Shown: positions 48,414 to 58,070 of the stretch, one piece after another
Layout of the letters: each line of letters opens with the position of its first letter
Numbering within the stretch: the first letter of the stretch is position 1
Source: Bdellovibrio sp.
GTDB lineage: Bacteria > Bdellovibrionota > Bdellovibrionia > Bdellovibrionales > Bdellovibrionaceae
Direction: 5' to 3'
Length of the DNA: 64,000 bases
NCBI GenBank assembly: GCA_046318155.1
Contig: JBKCUU010000058.1
Location: 1-64,000 of the forward strand
Notes under the pieces: model-generated
What the model saw: only the letters and a program-made list of their open reading frames with translations
Told to the model about the DNA's origin: nothing
Database searches by the model: none
Position numbers and translations under genes: made by a program

Positions 48414-49387
48414 GAAACGTACATAACAGCGTCATCGACGCCATTGGAAACACCCCAGTCGTTCGACTCAACAAAGTCGTGACCGATTCTCCGCATACTT
48501 TTTGGGTCAAGCTTGAGTACATGAATCCAGGTGGATCTGTTAAAGATCGTATCGGGATTGCCATTATCGAAGAGGCTGAGCGCCGCGGTGATTTAAAACC
48601 AGGCGGAACGATCGTTGAGTCGACTTCGGGCAACACCGGCTTGGGACTTGCCATGGTTGCGGCCGTTCGAGGCTACAAATGCATTTTTGTAATGCCCGAT
48701 AAAATTTCTGAAGAAAAGCGCGCCATTTTAAGAGCTTACGGCGCCGAAGTGATTATCACGCCGTCTGGTGTCGAGCCCGAAGATCCACGTAGCTACATTT
48801 CGGTCTCTTTGCGACTAGTCAAAGAGATCCCCAATTCGTTTCACGCTAATCAATATCATAATCCCGACAACCCAAGTCGGCATTATAAGACAACAGGTCC
48901 CGAGATCTGGGAGCAAATGGGCGGCAAGCTCGATGCTTTCGTTGCGGGTGCGGGAACGGGCGGAACCATTTCTGGCGTTGGACGTTTTTTGAAAGAAAAA
49001 AACAAAGACATGAAAATCGTATTGGCGGATCCCGTTGGTAGTATTTTGTACGACTTGGTTCACCATGGCAAGGTCTTGACTCCCGCCGCTCCCTACAAAG
49101 TTGAGGGTGTGGGCGAAGATATGCTTCCCGAAAACGTTCACCTGCCTGTGATCGACGATGCGATTCAAGTCACTGACAAAAGCTCGTTTCAGATGACCCG
49201 AAGATTGATTGCGCAAGAGGGTCTTTGTATTGGGCCCTCATCAGCCATGGCCCTTGTTGCGGCGATCGAGTACTCTAAAAAGCTCACCAGGCCGTCTCAC
49301 ATCTTGACAATGTTCCCTGACAGCGGCCGCGCTTATCTTAGCAAGGCGTTCAACGATCAGTGGATGAAAGAAAGCGGATTTTTATGA
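48410..49387 (+). CDS. PLP-dependent cystathionine beta-synthase / cysteine synthase family enzyme
   Basis: NPGGSVKDR, STSGNTG, GAGTGGT, YKVEGVGED; paired with a gamma-lyase. Confidence 0.9.
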   Translation: MRNVHNSVIDAIGNTPVVRLNKVVTDSPHTFWVKLEYMNPGGSVKDRIGIAIIEEAERRGDLKPGGTIVESTSGNTGLGLAMVAAVRGYKCIFVMPDKISEEKRAILRAYGAEVIITPSGVEPEDPRSYISVSLRLVKEIPNSFHANQYHNPDNPSRHYKTTGPEIWEQMGGKLDAFVAGAGTGGTISGVGRFLKEKNKDMKIVLADPVGSILYDLVHHGKVLTPAAPYKVEGVGEDMLPENVHLPVIDDAIQVTDKSSFQMTRRLIAQEGLCIGPSSAMALVAAIEYSKKLTRPSHILTMFPDSGRAYLSKAFNDQWMKESGFL

Positions 49388-50550
49388 AAAAAGTCGACCG
49401 AACAATGGGTTTTTCAACACGCGCTATTCATGCCGGACAAACTCCTGATCCAACAACAGGCGCGATCATGACTCCTCTTTATTTGACGTCGACGTACGTT
49501 CAAGAGTCACCTGGGGTCCACAAGGGCTGGGAGTACTCGCGAACGCACAATCCGACTCGCCGAGCTTATGAAGATTGCTTGGCCAACCTCGAGGGCGGAA
49601 CGCACGGATTTGCGTTTGCTTCAGGCTGTGCAGCGACAACCACGATCTTGCACATGATCAGACAAGGTGATCATGTGATTGCCGGTGACGACATGTACGG
49701 CGGGACGTTTCGACTTTTTGACAAAGTGATTCGTCATAATGGCATCGAGTTTTCCTACGTGGACCTGACAACAGCTGAGAACTTTGAGAAGGCTTTGCGG
49801 CCGACAACAAAATTGGTTTGGCTTGAAACGCCAACAAATCCGACTTTGAAGTTGGTGGATATTGCCGCGATTGCCAAGATCGCGAAGGCAAGAGGCATTT
49901 TAGTTGCCGTTGATAACACATTTTTGAGTCCTTATTTTCAGAAACCATTGTCTTTGGGTGCGGACATGGTTGTTCATTCGGCAACCAAGTATATCGGTGG
50001 CCATAGTGATGTGGTCGGTGGTGCTGTTGTCACGAACCGAGCGGACTTGGCCGAAAAATTGGCCTTTCTTTCGAACTCGATGGGTGGAGTCGCGGGCGCT
50101 TTTGATTCTTTTGTTTGCCTGCGTTCTTTGAAGACTTTGCCTTTGCGAATGAAGCAACACGAAATCAACGCCAAGAAAATTGCCGAATTCTTATCGAAAC
50201 ATCCGAAGGTCACCAAGGTCATTTATCCCGGGCTCGAATCCCATCCGCAGCATGACCTGGCGAAGCGACAAATGACGGGCTTTGGCGGGATGATTACTTT
50301 TTTTACGAAGGGTGGAATGGATGAGGCCCGCACCATGCTCGAGAATGTGAAGGTCTTTGCTCTTGCTGAAAGTTTAGGCGGAGTTGAATCCTTGATTGAG
50401 CACCCTGCCATTATGACGCACGCTAGCGTGCCAGCTGAGAATCGAAAGGCGCTTGGGATTGATGACAGTTTGATTCGATTGAGCGTGGGAATCGAGGAAG
50501 TCGAAGACTTGCTTTGGGATCTCGATCAGGCTCTCGCCAAAATTCGGTAA
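49384..50550 (+). CDS. Cystathionine gamma-lyase/synthase (Cys/Met metabolism PLP family)
   Basis: YSRTHNPT, ETPTNP, DNTF, HSATKYIGGHSD, AESLGGVES, RLSVGIE. Confidence 0.93.
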   Translation: MKKVDRTMGFSTRAIHAGQTPDPTTGAIMTPLYLTSTYVQESPGVHKGWEYSRTHNPTRRAYEDCLANLEGGTHGFAFASGCAATTTILHMIRQGDHVIAGDDMYGGTFRLFDKVIRHNGIEFSYVDLTTAENFEKALRPTTKLVWLETPTNPTLKLVDIAAIAKIAKARGILVAVDNTFLSPYFQKPLSLGADMVVHSATKYIGGHSDVVGGAVVTNRADLAEKLAFLSNSMGGVAGAFDSFVCLRSLKTLPLRMKQHEINAKKIAEFLSKHPKVTKVIYPGLESHPQHDLAKRQMTGFGGMITFFTKGGMDEARTMLENVKVFALAESLGGVESLIEHPAIMTHASVPAENRKALGIDDSLIRLSVGIEEVEDLLWDLDQALAKIR

Positions 50551-50619
50551 AGGGGTTTACGCGCGGTTGATGGGGCATGGTGGGCTCTCGCATATTCTCG
50601 AGTTTAATTCTCAGTTTAT

Positions 50620-50648
50620 TTGACAATCCCACGGCAGAAAGTTAACTC
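50620..50648 (+). promoter_or_regulatory. Candidate sigma70 promoter of tRNA-Phe
   Basis: Perfect TTGACA at 50620-50625; weaker -10 (TTAACT region) 16-17 nt downstream. Confidence 0.45.
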
Positions 50649-50670
50649 ATTCATCTCTTTTTGATGTACT

Positions 50671-50746
<76 letters not shown>

Positions 50747-50787
50747 TTTTCGAATTTTTTCCAGGCCACGGCAGTCTCGAAACAATC

Positions 50788-51474
50788 TTAAGTGAGGCAA
50801 ATCCAGCTGATTTGTCGTCCTGAGAGATTTCCATCTCTGCGTGCGGAGTGAAGTCCGAAGTCCGTCTTCGTATCTCGAAGTTCCAGCTCAACATTCTCGA
50901 GCGGCAAGTTTAAAGCCGCCACTTGTTCGACTAAAACTTGCAGCAAGCTCAGGTCGAATCGACCATTTTCTTTTGCGAGGGCAATGTCTCTTGCAGATTC
51001 TAAGGTCAGGTTGACCGAAGCTAAAATCTTTGTCGCCGTGTCGGCCTCGACTTCAAATGAAGATTGCAAAATGTGGGGGCCAATCCAAAGCCGCAAGCGT
51101 TCGAAAGGAGAGCCGCTTTCGTTCATCTTTTGTAATGTCAGGGGAAGAATACGACTTGCCACACCCCTCCATCCTGCGTGAACAGCGGCTACCCTGCGGG
51201 TGGTAGGACAAAAAACCAAAATCGGAACGCAGTCGCCAGTAATTGAGCACAAGGCAAGGTTCGAGTCACTCGTGATGAGAGCGTCACCCTGGAGTTGGTA
51301 GTCGGGAGTTTCTTTGTTCACAAAGACGACATCAGCGCTGTGAGTTTGCTTGAGTCGAATAAACTGCAGCTGGGGCTCTTGCTTTTTGAGATTCAAAATT
51401 TGGCTGTCGCGTGCACCAAAAAAGATTCGACAGGGGCCGTACTTGAGCTCGATGCCAAGAGAGGATTCTTTCAT
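50788..51474 (-). CDS. pgeF: PgeF/YfiH family protein
   Basis: QTHS, TGDCVPIL, VHAGWRG, IGPHI; coupled to rluD. Confidence 0.9.
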   Translation of the reverse strand: MKESSLGIELKYGPCRIFFGARDSQILNLKKQEPQLQFIRLKQTHSADVVFVNKETPDYQLQGDALITSDSNLALCSITGDCVPILVFCPTTRRVAAVHAGWRGVASRILPLTLQKMNESGSPFERLRLWIGPHILQSSFEVEADTATKILASVNLTLESARDIALAKENGRFDLSLLQVLVEQVAALNLPLENVELELRDTKTDFGLHSARRDGNLSGRQISWICLT

Positions 51475-52496
51475 AACTCAAGAACCGAACGAAGTTTTGA
51501 AAAACCAAGCTCTTGGATGAGTGGAAGCAAATCGTCCGGCCAATTTGATTTAAAAAAGAGCCACTCTTGAGTACGAGGATGGCTAAAGCCGAGCTCACGT
51601 GCGTGCAGGGCAAACCGAGGGAAACGTCCTAAAACTTGCCGCTGCATCTGGTTCTTTATCGTGTGGAGCCGTTTACCGGCGCCATAAAGATCGTCATGCG
51701 CAATCGGACAGCCCATTTCACTTAAGTGAACCCGGATCTGGTGAGTACGTCCGGTTTCAAGCTTGAGCTGCAGATAGCTTAAGCCAGAGGGGAGAGCATC
51801 TAATATTTTATAATGGGTCACGGCCCACCTGGCGCCCTCTTGCGGAGAATCAGGGGTGCGAATGATTTGGCGCTGATCGCTGATTTTGCTCGAGAATCTT
51901 TTGCGGTCGGTTGCATGCCGACCGATGTAACTTGAAATGGTGCCAGATGGCTTGGGCGGAGTTCCAAGGGCGATGGCATGATACAATCGGTGCAAATCGC
52001 GCTTCTGAAATTTCTCGGAGAGGGATTGGTGGGTAAAATCATTTTTAGCCACAACCAATATTCCGCTCGTATCACGATCAAGCCGGTGAACGATGCCGGG
52101 TCTGTTTTCTTGAAAACCCATCGAGAGGTCGTCGGTGTGATGGATGAGCATGTTGACCAAAGTATCTTGCGCATGACCAGCCGCCGGATGAACCACAAGG
52201 CCCGCCGGTTTAAGCAAGACAATGAGGTCAGAGTCTTCGAACAAAACTTCGATGGGACGGTCGAGCGGAACTAAATCTGTTGGGATGGGCGCAGGTAGAA
52301 GAACAAGAATGGTATCGCCCGCTTTGATTTTATAAGATGACTTGAGTGGCTTGCCGGCAAGCGTGACAAAATCTTGTTCTATCAATTGTTCGGCCCGGGA
52401 CCTGGAGCCAACGTCGGGGTGCGACCCGAGCGCTTTATCCAAGCGAAGCCCGGCTTCAACCTCAGTAAAGTGAATCTCGAGTTTACGCTGTTCCAA
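51471..52496 (-). CDS. rluD: RluD-type 23S rRNA pseudouridine synthase
   Basis: S4 domain RLDKAL, KPAGLVVHP, IVHRLDRDTSG, LETGRTHQIRVH. Confidence 0.93.
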   Translation of the reverse strand: MEQRKLEIHFTEVEAGLRLDKALGSHPDVGSRSRAEQLIEQDFVTLAGKPLKSSYKIKAGDTILVLLPAPIPTDLVPLDRPIEVLFEDSDLIVLLKPAGLVVHPAAGHAQDTLVNMLIHHTDDLSMGFQENRPGIVHRLDRDTSGILVVAKNDFTHQSLSEKFQKRDLHRLYHAIALGTPPKPSGTISSYIGRHATDRKRFSSKISDQRQIIRTPDSPQEGARWAVTHYKILDALPSGLSYLQLKLETGRTHQIRVHLSEMGCPIAHDDLYGAGKRLHTIKNQMQRQVLGRFPRFALHARELGFSHPRTQEWLFFKSNWPDDLLPLIQELGFSKLRSVLEL

Positions 52497-53118
52497 GTTT
52501 CTGTCTGAATGTCTTCATGTAGCTATCACAGACCGCTTTTTCGTTAAGGCCCAAAGTTTTGGCAATTTGTCCGACATAGCCGCGGACAAAAACAACGGCA
52601 GGAAGGTTTTGATGTTCCATCGTTTCAATCGCCGTGATGTAAAATCCACTAATTTTGGTAACCTCACTCATTTTTTCGAGTGAGACCCCTTTGTAGTCGC
52701 GCACCTTGCGAAGAAACTCGCCATCCCAATCGGTCCGAGTCTTAATCTCGTCTTCAATTTTAGGGTCAACCAAGTGTTTTATTTTGATCGTTGAAATCTT
52801 TTTGGGCACTTCATTGAAGACGGTTTTGCTTTCCGCTTGTAAGACGTCGAACGAAATACTGTCTTTCGACTTCAAGCCTTGTCCAACTTTTTCGTCATAA
52901 AGCGCGCGCAAAGTCTTGTTGCCCAAAACTGAGTAGGCCTCTTCGACCAGGTGAAGATACTCACGAGCTTCATTTTCAGAAAAAATCGAATAGATGGCGG
53001 GGTTTTCACCAGAATAGGTCGAGCGCAGACGATCGTAAGCCGTCGTGATTTCGTTTTGTGCGCAGTGGGGGCTAAGTTCTAAGATATCATAGTAGCTAAA
53101 GCGTATCATCGTCTCCAT
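52483..53118 (-). CDS. J-like domain + RodZ-type HTH protein
   Basis: YYDILEL...EEAYSVL...RALYD (J-fold, no HPD); GEFLRKVR...LPAVVFVRGYV (HTH). Confidence 0.78.
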   Translation of the reverse strand: METMIRFSYYDILELSPHCAQNEITTAYDRLRSTYSGENPAIYSIFSENEAREYLHLVEEAYSVLGNKTLRALYDEKVGQGLKSKDSISFDVLQAESKTVFNEVPKKISTIKIKHLVDPKIEDEIKTRTDWDGEFLRKVRDYKGVSLEKMSEVTKISGFYITAIETMEHQNLPAVVFVRGYVGQIAKTLGLNEKAVCDSYMKTFRQKLGTA

Positions 53119-53127
53119 GGTCTTAAA

Positions 53128-54045
53128 TCATACCACGGCTCTTAAGAAATTCGAGACAAAATTGTTTTGGATCAACTCTTTACTCATCGTCAAAAATTGA
53201 CCCGCCAGTGGAGTAAAGGGCTTATCAATCAAGACAGGAGTTCGCAAACGAACCGACTGCCACACGGCATTGTCGTAATCGATCCAGCCCAAGTAGGACA
53301 TCGGCATGTCATAAAATTTACGACATACACTCTGAATTGAGTACCCAAGATCGCGATCCTGTTGACTGCGGGCCTGATTGACAATTACGCGCACTGGCTT
53401 TTGGTCTAGTCCAGAAAAGTAATCAAAATGAAAACCAACGGCCTCGGCAAGATGGTCGCGAAAAGAAAACGCACCCACGCTGTGCTTTGAGCGGTACTCG
53501 CCCAAGGCCTTGAGCATGCGCGCGTAGGCGTCGGGCGTCGCATTTTCTTTGAGAGTCCACATAATGAAAGACTCCATAAAGCGATAGGTCTTTTCGATAG
53601 CGGTTGGCTCTGGACTCACAACCAAAAATTTTTCATCTGCTTGATGAAACAGTTCCAAGTGAAATTCAGAAGCACCAGGTCCCAAATCAAAAATCACGAT
53701 ATCAAACGGAAGCTCTCGGGAGTCCCTAATCAATTTACGCACGTTTTCGAGATTGAGAGCAACGGGTGTCCATTGGTCCCAGTGACCTTGAACGTAAGTT
53801 AGTCTCGGAATGTGAGTATCTAAAAAGCACTCTTTCAAAGATTTAGAACCAGCCCAGTAGTCGCCCAGTGTCGTCTCAGAAAAGTTCTTTCCAATTGAAG
53901 TGTGGAGATTGGCGCCGCCAAAATCCAAATCGATCAGGAGGACTTTTTTATCAAGTTTTGAAAGAGTAATTCCAAGACTCGAAGTGATAAATGTTTTACC
54001 CACTCCACCCTTGCCAGATCCGATGACCCAAAGTTGTGCCGCCAT
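53128..54045 (-). CDS. MinD/FlhG (ParA family) P-loop ATPase
   Basis: SGKGGVGKT deviant Walker A, IDLDFGGANLH, DLGPG, PEPTAIE. Confidence 0.88.
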   Translation of the reverse strand: MAAQLWVIGSGKGGVGKTFITSSLGITLSKLDKKVLLIDLDFGGANLHTSIGKNFSETTLGDYWAGSKSLKECFLDTHIPRLTYVQGHWDQWTPVALNLENVRKLIRDSRELPFDIVIFDLGPGASEFHLELFHQADEKFLVVSPEPTAIEKTYRFMESFIMWTLKENATPDAYARMLKALGEYRSKHSVGAFSFRDHLAEAVGFHFDYFSGLDQKPVRVIVNQARSQQDRDLGYSIQSVCRKFYDMPMSYLGWIDYDNAVWQSVRLRTPVLIDKPFTPLAGQFLTMSKELIQNNFVSNFLRAVV

Positions 54046-54092
54046 TGACTTCCTCGTCGTCTGTATCGTCCAGTGACGTTCTTGTCGCTGGT

Positions 54093-54782
54093 TTACGAAC
54101 GGTTTCGTAAACTCTCTTCGGCAGCAGAGTCGCGGAGGTAAAGAGGTGCAATCAATTTCCAGTCTTGAATCCAGCTCGACGGTGAGCTTTGCAGTGCCAT
54201 GTGGGCGAGGTCCTGGGCTTCGGGATGTTCGATCGGGGGATTGAACAGTTTAACTTGTTGTCGAAACTCGTCGGTTAAAAAATCATGATAAACGACCAGA
54301 CCATTGCCAGCCCAAGACCAGGGCTGAGCAAAGGTCTGGGCTAATTTCTCGATCTGATTCGGCGTTAGAACGGTCAGCGCGCCGAGTTTTTGCTGATCGG
54401 TGTGTGCAGAAAAAAAAATCAAATTCTTGTACGCGTTCATGCCGCACAAAAGGGTTCCTGGTTGGGGTCGTTTCGCGGCCTGCGTCGCCATAATTAAAAG
54501 CGATTGTGAAACAAAGCAGGGCTTCTTTAAAAGGTAACAAAGCGAACGCGCGACGGAGACTGCCACACGGATTCCAGTAAATGATCCGGGGCCTTGATCG
54601 ACCGCGATTAGATTCAGATCTCGCAGCTTCCAGCCCGCCTCATTAAGAAGCTCATCAATCGCAGCATTCATAAACTCTGAATGCCCTCGAGGTGTACTAT
54701 GAATTTTTTGAACTGAAAGATCGCCATCGGTTAAAGCAACGGAGGCCTGGGTGGAACTAGAGGTCAACGCCAGAACCTTCAT
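54093..54782 (-). CDS. tsaB: t6A synthesis protein TsaB
   Basis: HSE, GPGSFTGIRV, PLYLR..AAEE. Confidence 0.92.
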   Translation of the reverse strand: MKVLALTSSSTQASVALTDGDLSVQKIHSTPRGHSEFMNAAIDELLNEAGWKLRDLNLIAVDQGPGSFTGIRVAVSVARSLCYLLKKPCFVSQSLLIMATQAAKRPQPGTLLCGMNAYKNLIFFSAHTDQQKLGALTVLTPNQIEKLAQTFAQPWSWAGNGLVVYHDFLTDEFRQQVKLFNPPIEHPEAQDLAHMALQSSPSSWIQDWKLIAPLYLRDSAAEESLRNRS

Positions 54783-54785
54783 TGG

Positions 54786-56450
54786 CTAGTACGAACCAAA
54801 CAGACGGGTGAAATCATTGAACAAAGCAAAGACCATCAAACTCATCAAGAGAACGAGTCCAACTTGCTGTGCGATCTCCATTTTTCGCATCGAAAGAGGC
54901 GCACCGCGGATAGCTTCCACCGTGTAAAACAAGAGGTGACCACCATCCAAAACTGGGATCGGGAGTAAGTTCAGAATGAATAAGTTGACCGAAATAACAG
55001 CCATCATCGTCAGAAACTGCGACAGGCCAGTCTTGAAAGTTTCGCTTGCGGCTTGGCCAATCGAGATCACGCCGCCAATGCTTTTGGGTGAAATTTTGCT
55101 TTGAGCCAGGCGCAAAAAGCTGACGACCGTCATAACCGTAATATCGATGGTGCGATCGTAGCCACGCTTAAGAGCAGAGCCAACACCATCTGCCGCAATT
55201 TTTTCGATGGGAGGCATCGCCATTGCAATCCAAGGCAGGATACCGACCGTGTAGCGTTTGTCTTCGCCGCCGTGGGCGTTCATTTGCTCGGTCAGTTCGG
55301 GGATGATTTCGAAACTTTTAACATCACCTTGGCGCAAAACGGTAAAGGTCACGGGGCCTTCGCCTTTGTAGCCCTTTACATTCTCTAGGATTGTTTCCCA
55401 CGATTTTGCTTGGACATTATCGACCGTTAAGATGCGATCACCGGCAAGCAACCCCGCTTTTTCGGCGGGCGATTTTTCGACGACTTTTGAAAGATAAAGC
55501 TCAGATTTTTCGAGTCCCAGAGCTTCGAGCGAAGAGAATGCCGGTAAAAGCGTATCGATTAAAATCGTCTCAGATTTTTTTGCTCCCAACGAGGGCCATC
55601 GTTCGATTTCAAGGCTTACGGACTGGCCCTGAAGGGGCAAGATCATCGGTTCGATTTCGCGAAAATAGTTGATCTCTTTGCCGTTAACTTTGACGATCCG
55701 GTCACCAGTTCGTAAACCGAATTTCTCGGAAGGTGTTTTAGCTCGAACACCAACAACAGCCGCATAAGAGTTATTGGCAAGGCCTTGAACCTCGCCAATG
55801 TTTTCATCCAGGCTCAAGATATTGGGATTAGGGCGCGACTGAGGCGACACCTGAACTTTGATGGCTTCATTCGAGCCATAGCGCTGTAAAGCAAGCTCAA
55901 CGACTTGACCGATTCGCAAATTCATTTGGTGCTGAAATTCTTCCCAAGTGCGAACGGGAGTTCCGCCCACCGACAAAACATTGTCGCCTGAACGAACCCC
56001 CGACTGATAAGCCGAGCTGTCGACAGGAACATCGCCGATCGAAGGTTTGCGCGCGTCTTCACCAATGAGGGCAACAATAAAAAGGACGAAGATCGCAAAA
56101 AAGAAATTCATCAGCGGTCCCGCAAGAACAATCGCGATTCGCTGCCAGACGTTTTTATGCAAAAACGAATGTTTCTTTTGTTCGTTGCTAATGTCGGCAC
56201 CGACTTCATCGCCAAACATTTTGACGTAGCCGCCAAGCGGAATCAGGGACAGCGCGTAGGTCGTGTCACCTTTTTTGTATTTCAAAAGTTTTTTTCCGAA
56301 ACCAAGACTGAAGGTTTCAACGCGAACCCCGCACCATTTCGCAACGGCAAAGTGCCCGAGCTCATGAACAAAGATCAAGAGTCCCAAAAGAATGACGAAA
56401 GGGACAAAAGCAGAAAGACCATTTTGAAGGTAGCCAAAAATTATTTCCAT
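54786..56450 (-). CDS. rseP: Site-2 intramembrane protease RseP with three PDZ-like domains
   Basis: HELGH, IPLGGYVKM, AGPLMN, NLLPIPVLDGGH. Start set to ATG 56450. Confidence 0.95.
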   Translation of the reverse strand: MEIIFGYLQNGLSAFVPFVILLGLLIFVHELGHFAVAKWCGVRVETFSLGFGKKLLKYKKGDTTYALSLIPLGGYVKMFGDEVGADISNEQKKHSFLHKNVWQRIAIVLAGPLMNFFFAIFVLFIVALIGEDARKPSIGDVPVDSSAYQSGVRSGDNVLSVGGTPVRTWEEFQHQMNLRIGQVVELALQRYGSNEAIKVQVSPQSRPNPNILSLDENIGEVQGLANNSYAAVVGVRAKTPSEKFGLRTGDRIVKVNGKEINYFREIEPMILPLQGQSVSLEIERWPSLGAKKSETILIDTLLPAFSSLEALGLEKSELYLSKVVEKSPAEKAGLLAGDRILTVDNVQAKSWETILENVKGYKGEGPVTFTVLRQGDVKSFEIIPELTEQMNAHGGEDKRYTVGILPWIAMAMPPIEKIAADGVGSALKRGYDRTIDITVMTVVSFLRLAQSKISPKSIGGVISIGQAASETFKTGLSQFLTMMAVISVNLFILNLLPIPVLDGGHLLFYTVEAIRGAPLSMRKMEIAQQVGLVLLMSLMVFALFNDFTRLFGSY

Positions 56451-56461
56451 AGACGACAGTC

Positions 56462-56489
56462 TATTCGGAAAACAAGACGGCTGCCTCAA
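56462..56489 (-). promoter_or_regulatory. Candidate sigma28-type internal promoter of rseP
   Basis: Minus strand TTGAG-N15-TCCGAATA. Confidence 0.35.
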
Positions 56490-56531
56490 ATTTCAAAGGA
56501 GATCGGTCCGAGTCTTGATTTTGGTCGTGCG

Positions 56532-57350
56532 TCAAAAAAGGATTTCGAGGAGTGAGACGCCGGCAAACATCATAGGTGCGGCAAAAAGAACACCATCAAT
56601 GCGGTCTAAAACGCCGCCATGACCGGGCATCAGTGAGCCCGAGTCTTTTTGATTTGCGACACGCTTAAGCATAGATTCAAACAAATCACCCATCTGGCCC
56701 ACTAGACCCACTGCGAAACCCAGGGCGATCAGAGCGGGGAGCGGAATATGGGGTATTTTCACATGGAAAAGTCCGGCTGCAAGGCAGGATCCTAACAACC
56801 CTCCAATCGAACCTTCGATGGTCTTTTTGGGCGAAACTTGAGGCATGAGGAGGTGTTTTCCAAAGGCCCAGCCGACCAAGTAAGCAAAGGTGTCACCAGC
56901 AAAGACAATCGCAAGCAACGACAGGAACCAGAGCAAGCCGTCTTGAAAGTCGAGGAGCTTACAGGCAAAAGTGGGGAGCAGGGCGATGTAAAAGAATCCC
57001 AAAATGGCGCGAGCCTGAAATCTTGACAAGAGCTCGAGATCAGGAAACCGATGATGGTAAAAGAAACTGATCGAAAAAAACAAGACGACAGCTACGCCAT
57101 AGGCAGGTGCGACCAGCTCAAACCACCCAACGCCAAAACAGAAGAGAGTGATCGCGATCAGAGCAAAAATCACCTTTAACGAGGTGGTCTGAGTCTGAGA
57201 AAAAAGGATACGAACGATTTCTCGAGAACCCAAGATGACGACCAGCAAGCAAATGAAACGAAGCCCCTGGATTTCAAAAAAATAAAACCCTGCAAACATG
57301 AAGGCAATGGCAGCGATGGCGGACAAGGCCCTAATTTGCAGGGTTTTCAT
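56532..57350 (-). CDS. cdsA: Phosphatidate cytidylyltransferase
   Basis: DTFAY, SPKKTIEG, GDLFESMLKR...KDSG..PGHGGVLDRIDG. Confidence 0.95.
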   Translation of the reverse strand: MKTLQIRALSAIAAIAFMFAGFYFFEIQGLRFICLLVVILGSREIVRILFSQTQTTSLKVIFALIAITLFCFGVGWFELVAPAYGVAVVLFFSISFFYHHRFPDLELLSRFQARAILGFFYIALLPTFACKLLDFQDGLLWFLSLLAIVFAGDTFAYLVGWAFGKHLLMPQVSPKKTIEGSIGGLLGSCLAAGLFHVKIPHIPLPALIALGFAVGLVGQMGDLFESMLKRVANQKDSGSLMPGHGGVLDRIDGVLFAAPMMFAGVSLLEILF

Positions 57351-58059
57351 GTCGAGTCAGTCCGCCAAACCTGCGTTCACGACCCGCAAACGAAGCAAAG
57401 GCTTGGTGCAAGTCTTGAAGCGTAAAATCGGGCCAAAGGATAGGTGTGAAATAAAGTTCTGAATAAGCTGCTTGCCACATTAGAAAATTAGACAAGCGGT
57501 GTTCGCCACTGGTGCGAATGATGAGATCAGGATCAGAATTTGGATAAGTCGAAAGGTGGCAATTGAGCGTCGCTTCATCAATTTCTTCGGGCCTAATATC
57601 GCCCGCTTGAACTTTGCGGGCGATTGAACGAACGGCATTTGCAATTTCTGCTCGCGAGCCGTAGCTAATGGCAAACACAACATGGAGCCCCGTGCAGCGG
57701 GCTGTTCGCTCAACAGAGTGGTCGATCATTTTGAGTAAATCGAGGGGAAGCTTGCTCAGATCACCGACAGCGGTAAATCGAATGTTTTTTTGGACGAGAC
57801 TATCGGTTTCTTTGCGCAGGTAGCGGCGCAGAAGGTTCATGAGAAAAGTCACCTCAAGCTGGGGCCGGAGCCAGTTTTCAGAGCTGAAGGCATACAGGGT
57901 GACCGTTTTAACGCCAGTGTCGGAGCACTCGGTGACCACCTTTTTTGCGACCCTGGCGCCTTTGATGTGGCCATAGGTGCGCGGACGACCCTTAAGCTTT
58001 GCCCAGCGGCCGTTACCGTCCATTATGATTCCAATGTGATTGGGAACCTTCACGCGCAC
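57331..58059 (-). CDS. uppS: Undecaprenyl diphosphate synthase
   Basis: HIGIIMDGNGRWA, YAFSSENW, IRTSGEHRLSNF. Confidence 0.96.
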   Translation of the reverse strand: MRVKVPNHIGIIMDGNGRWAKLKGRPRTYGHIKGARVAKKVVTECSDTGVKTVTLYAFSSENWLRPQLEVTFLMNLLRRYLRKETDSLVQKNIRFTAVGDLSKLPLDLLKMIDHSVERTARCTGLHVVFAISYGSRAEIANAVRSIARKVQAGDIRPEEIDEATLNCHLSTYPNSDPDLIIRTSGEHRLSNFLMWQAAYSELYFTPILWPDFTLQDLHQAFASFAGRERRFGGLTRHENPAN

Positions 58060-58070
58060 CTCAAAAGGCC

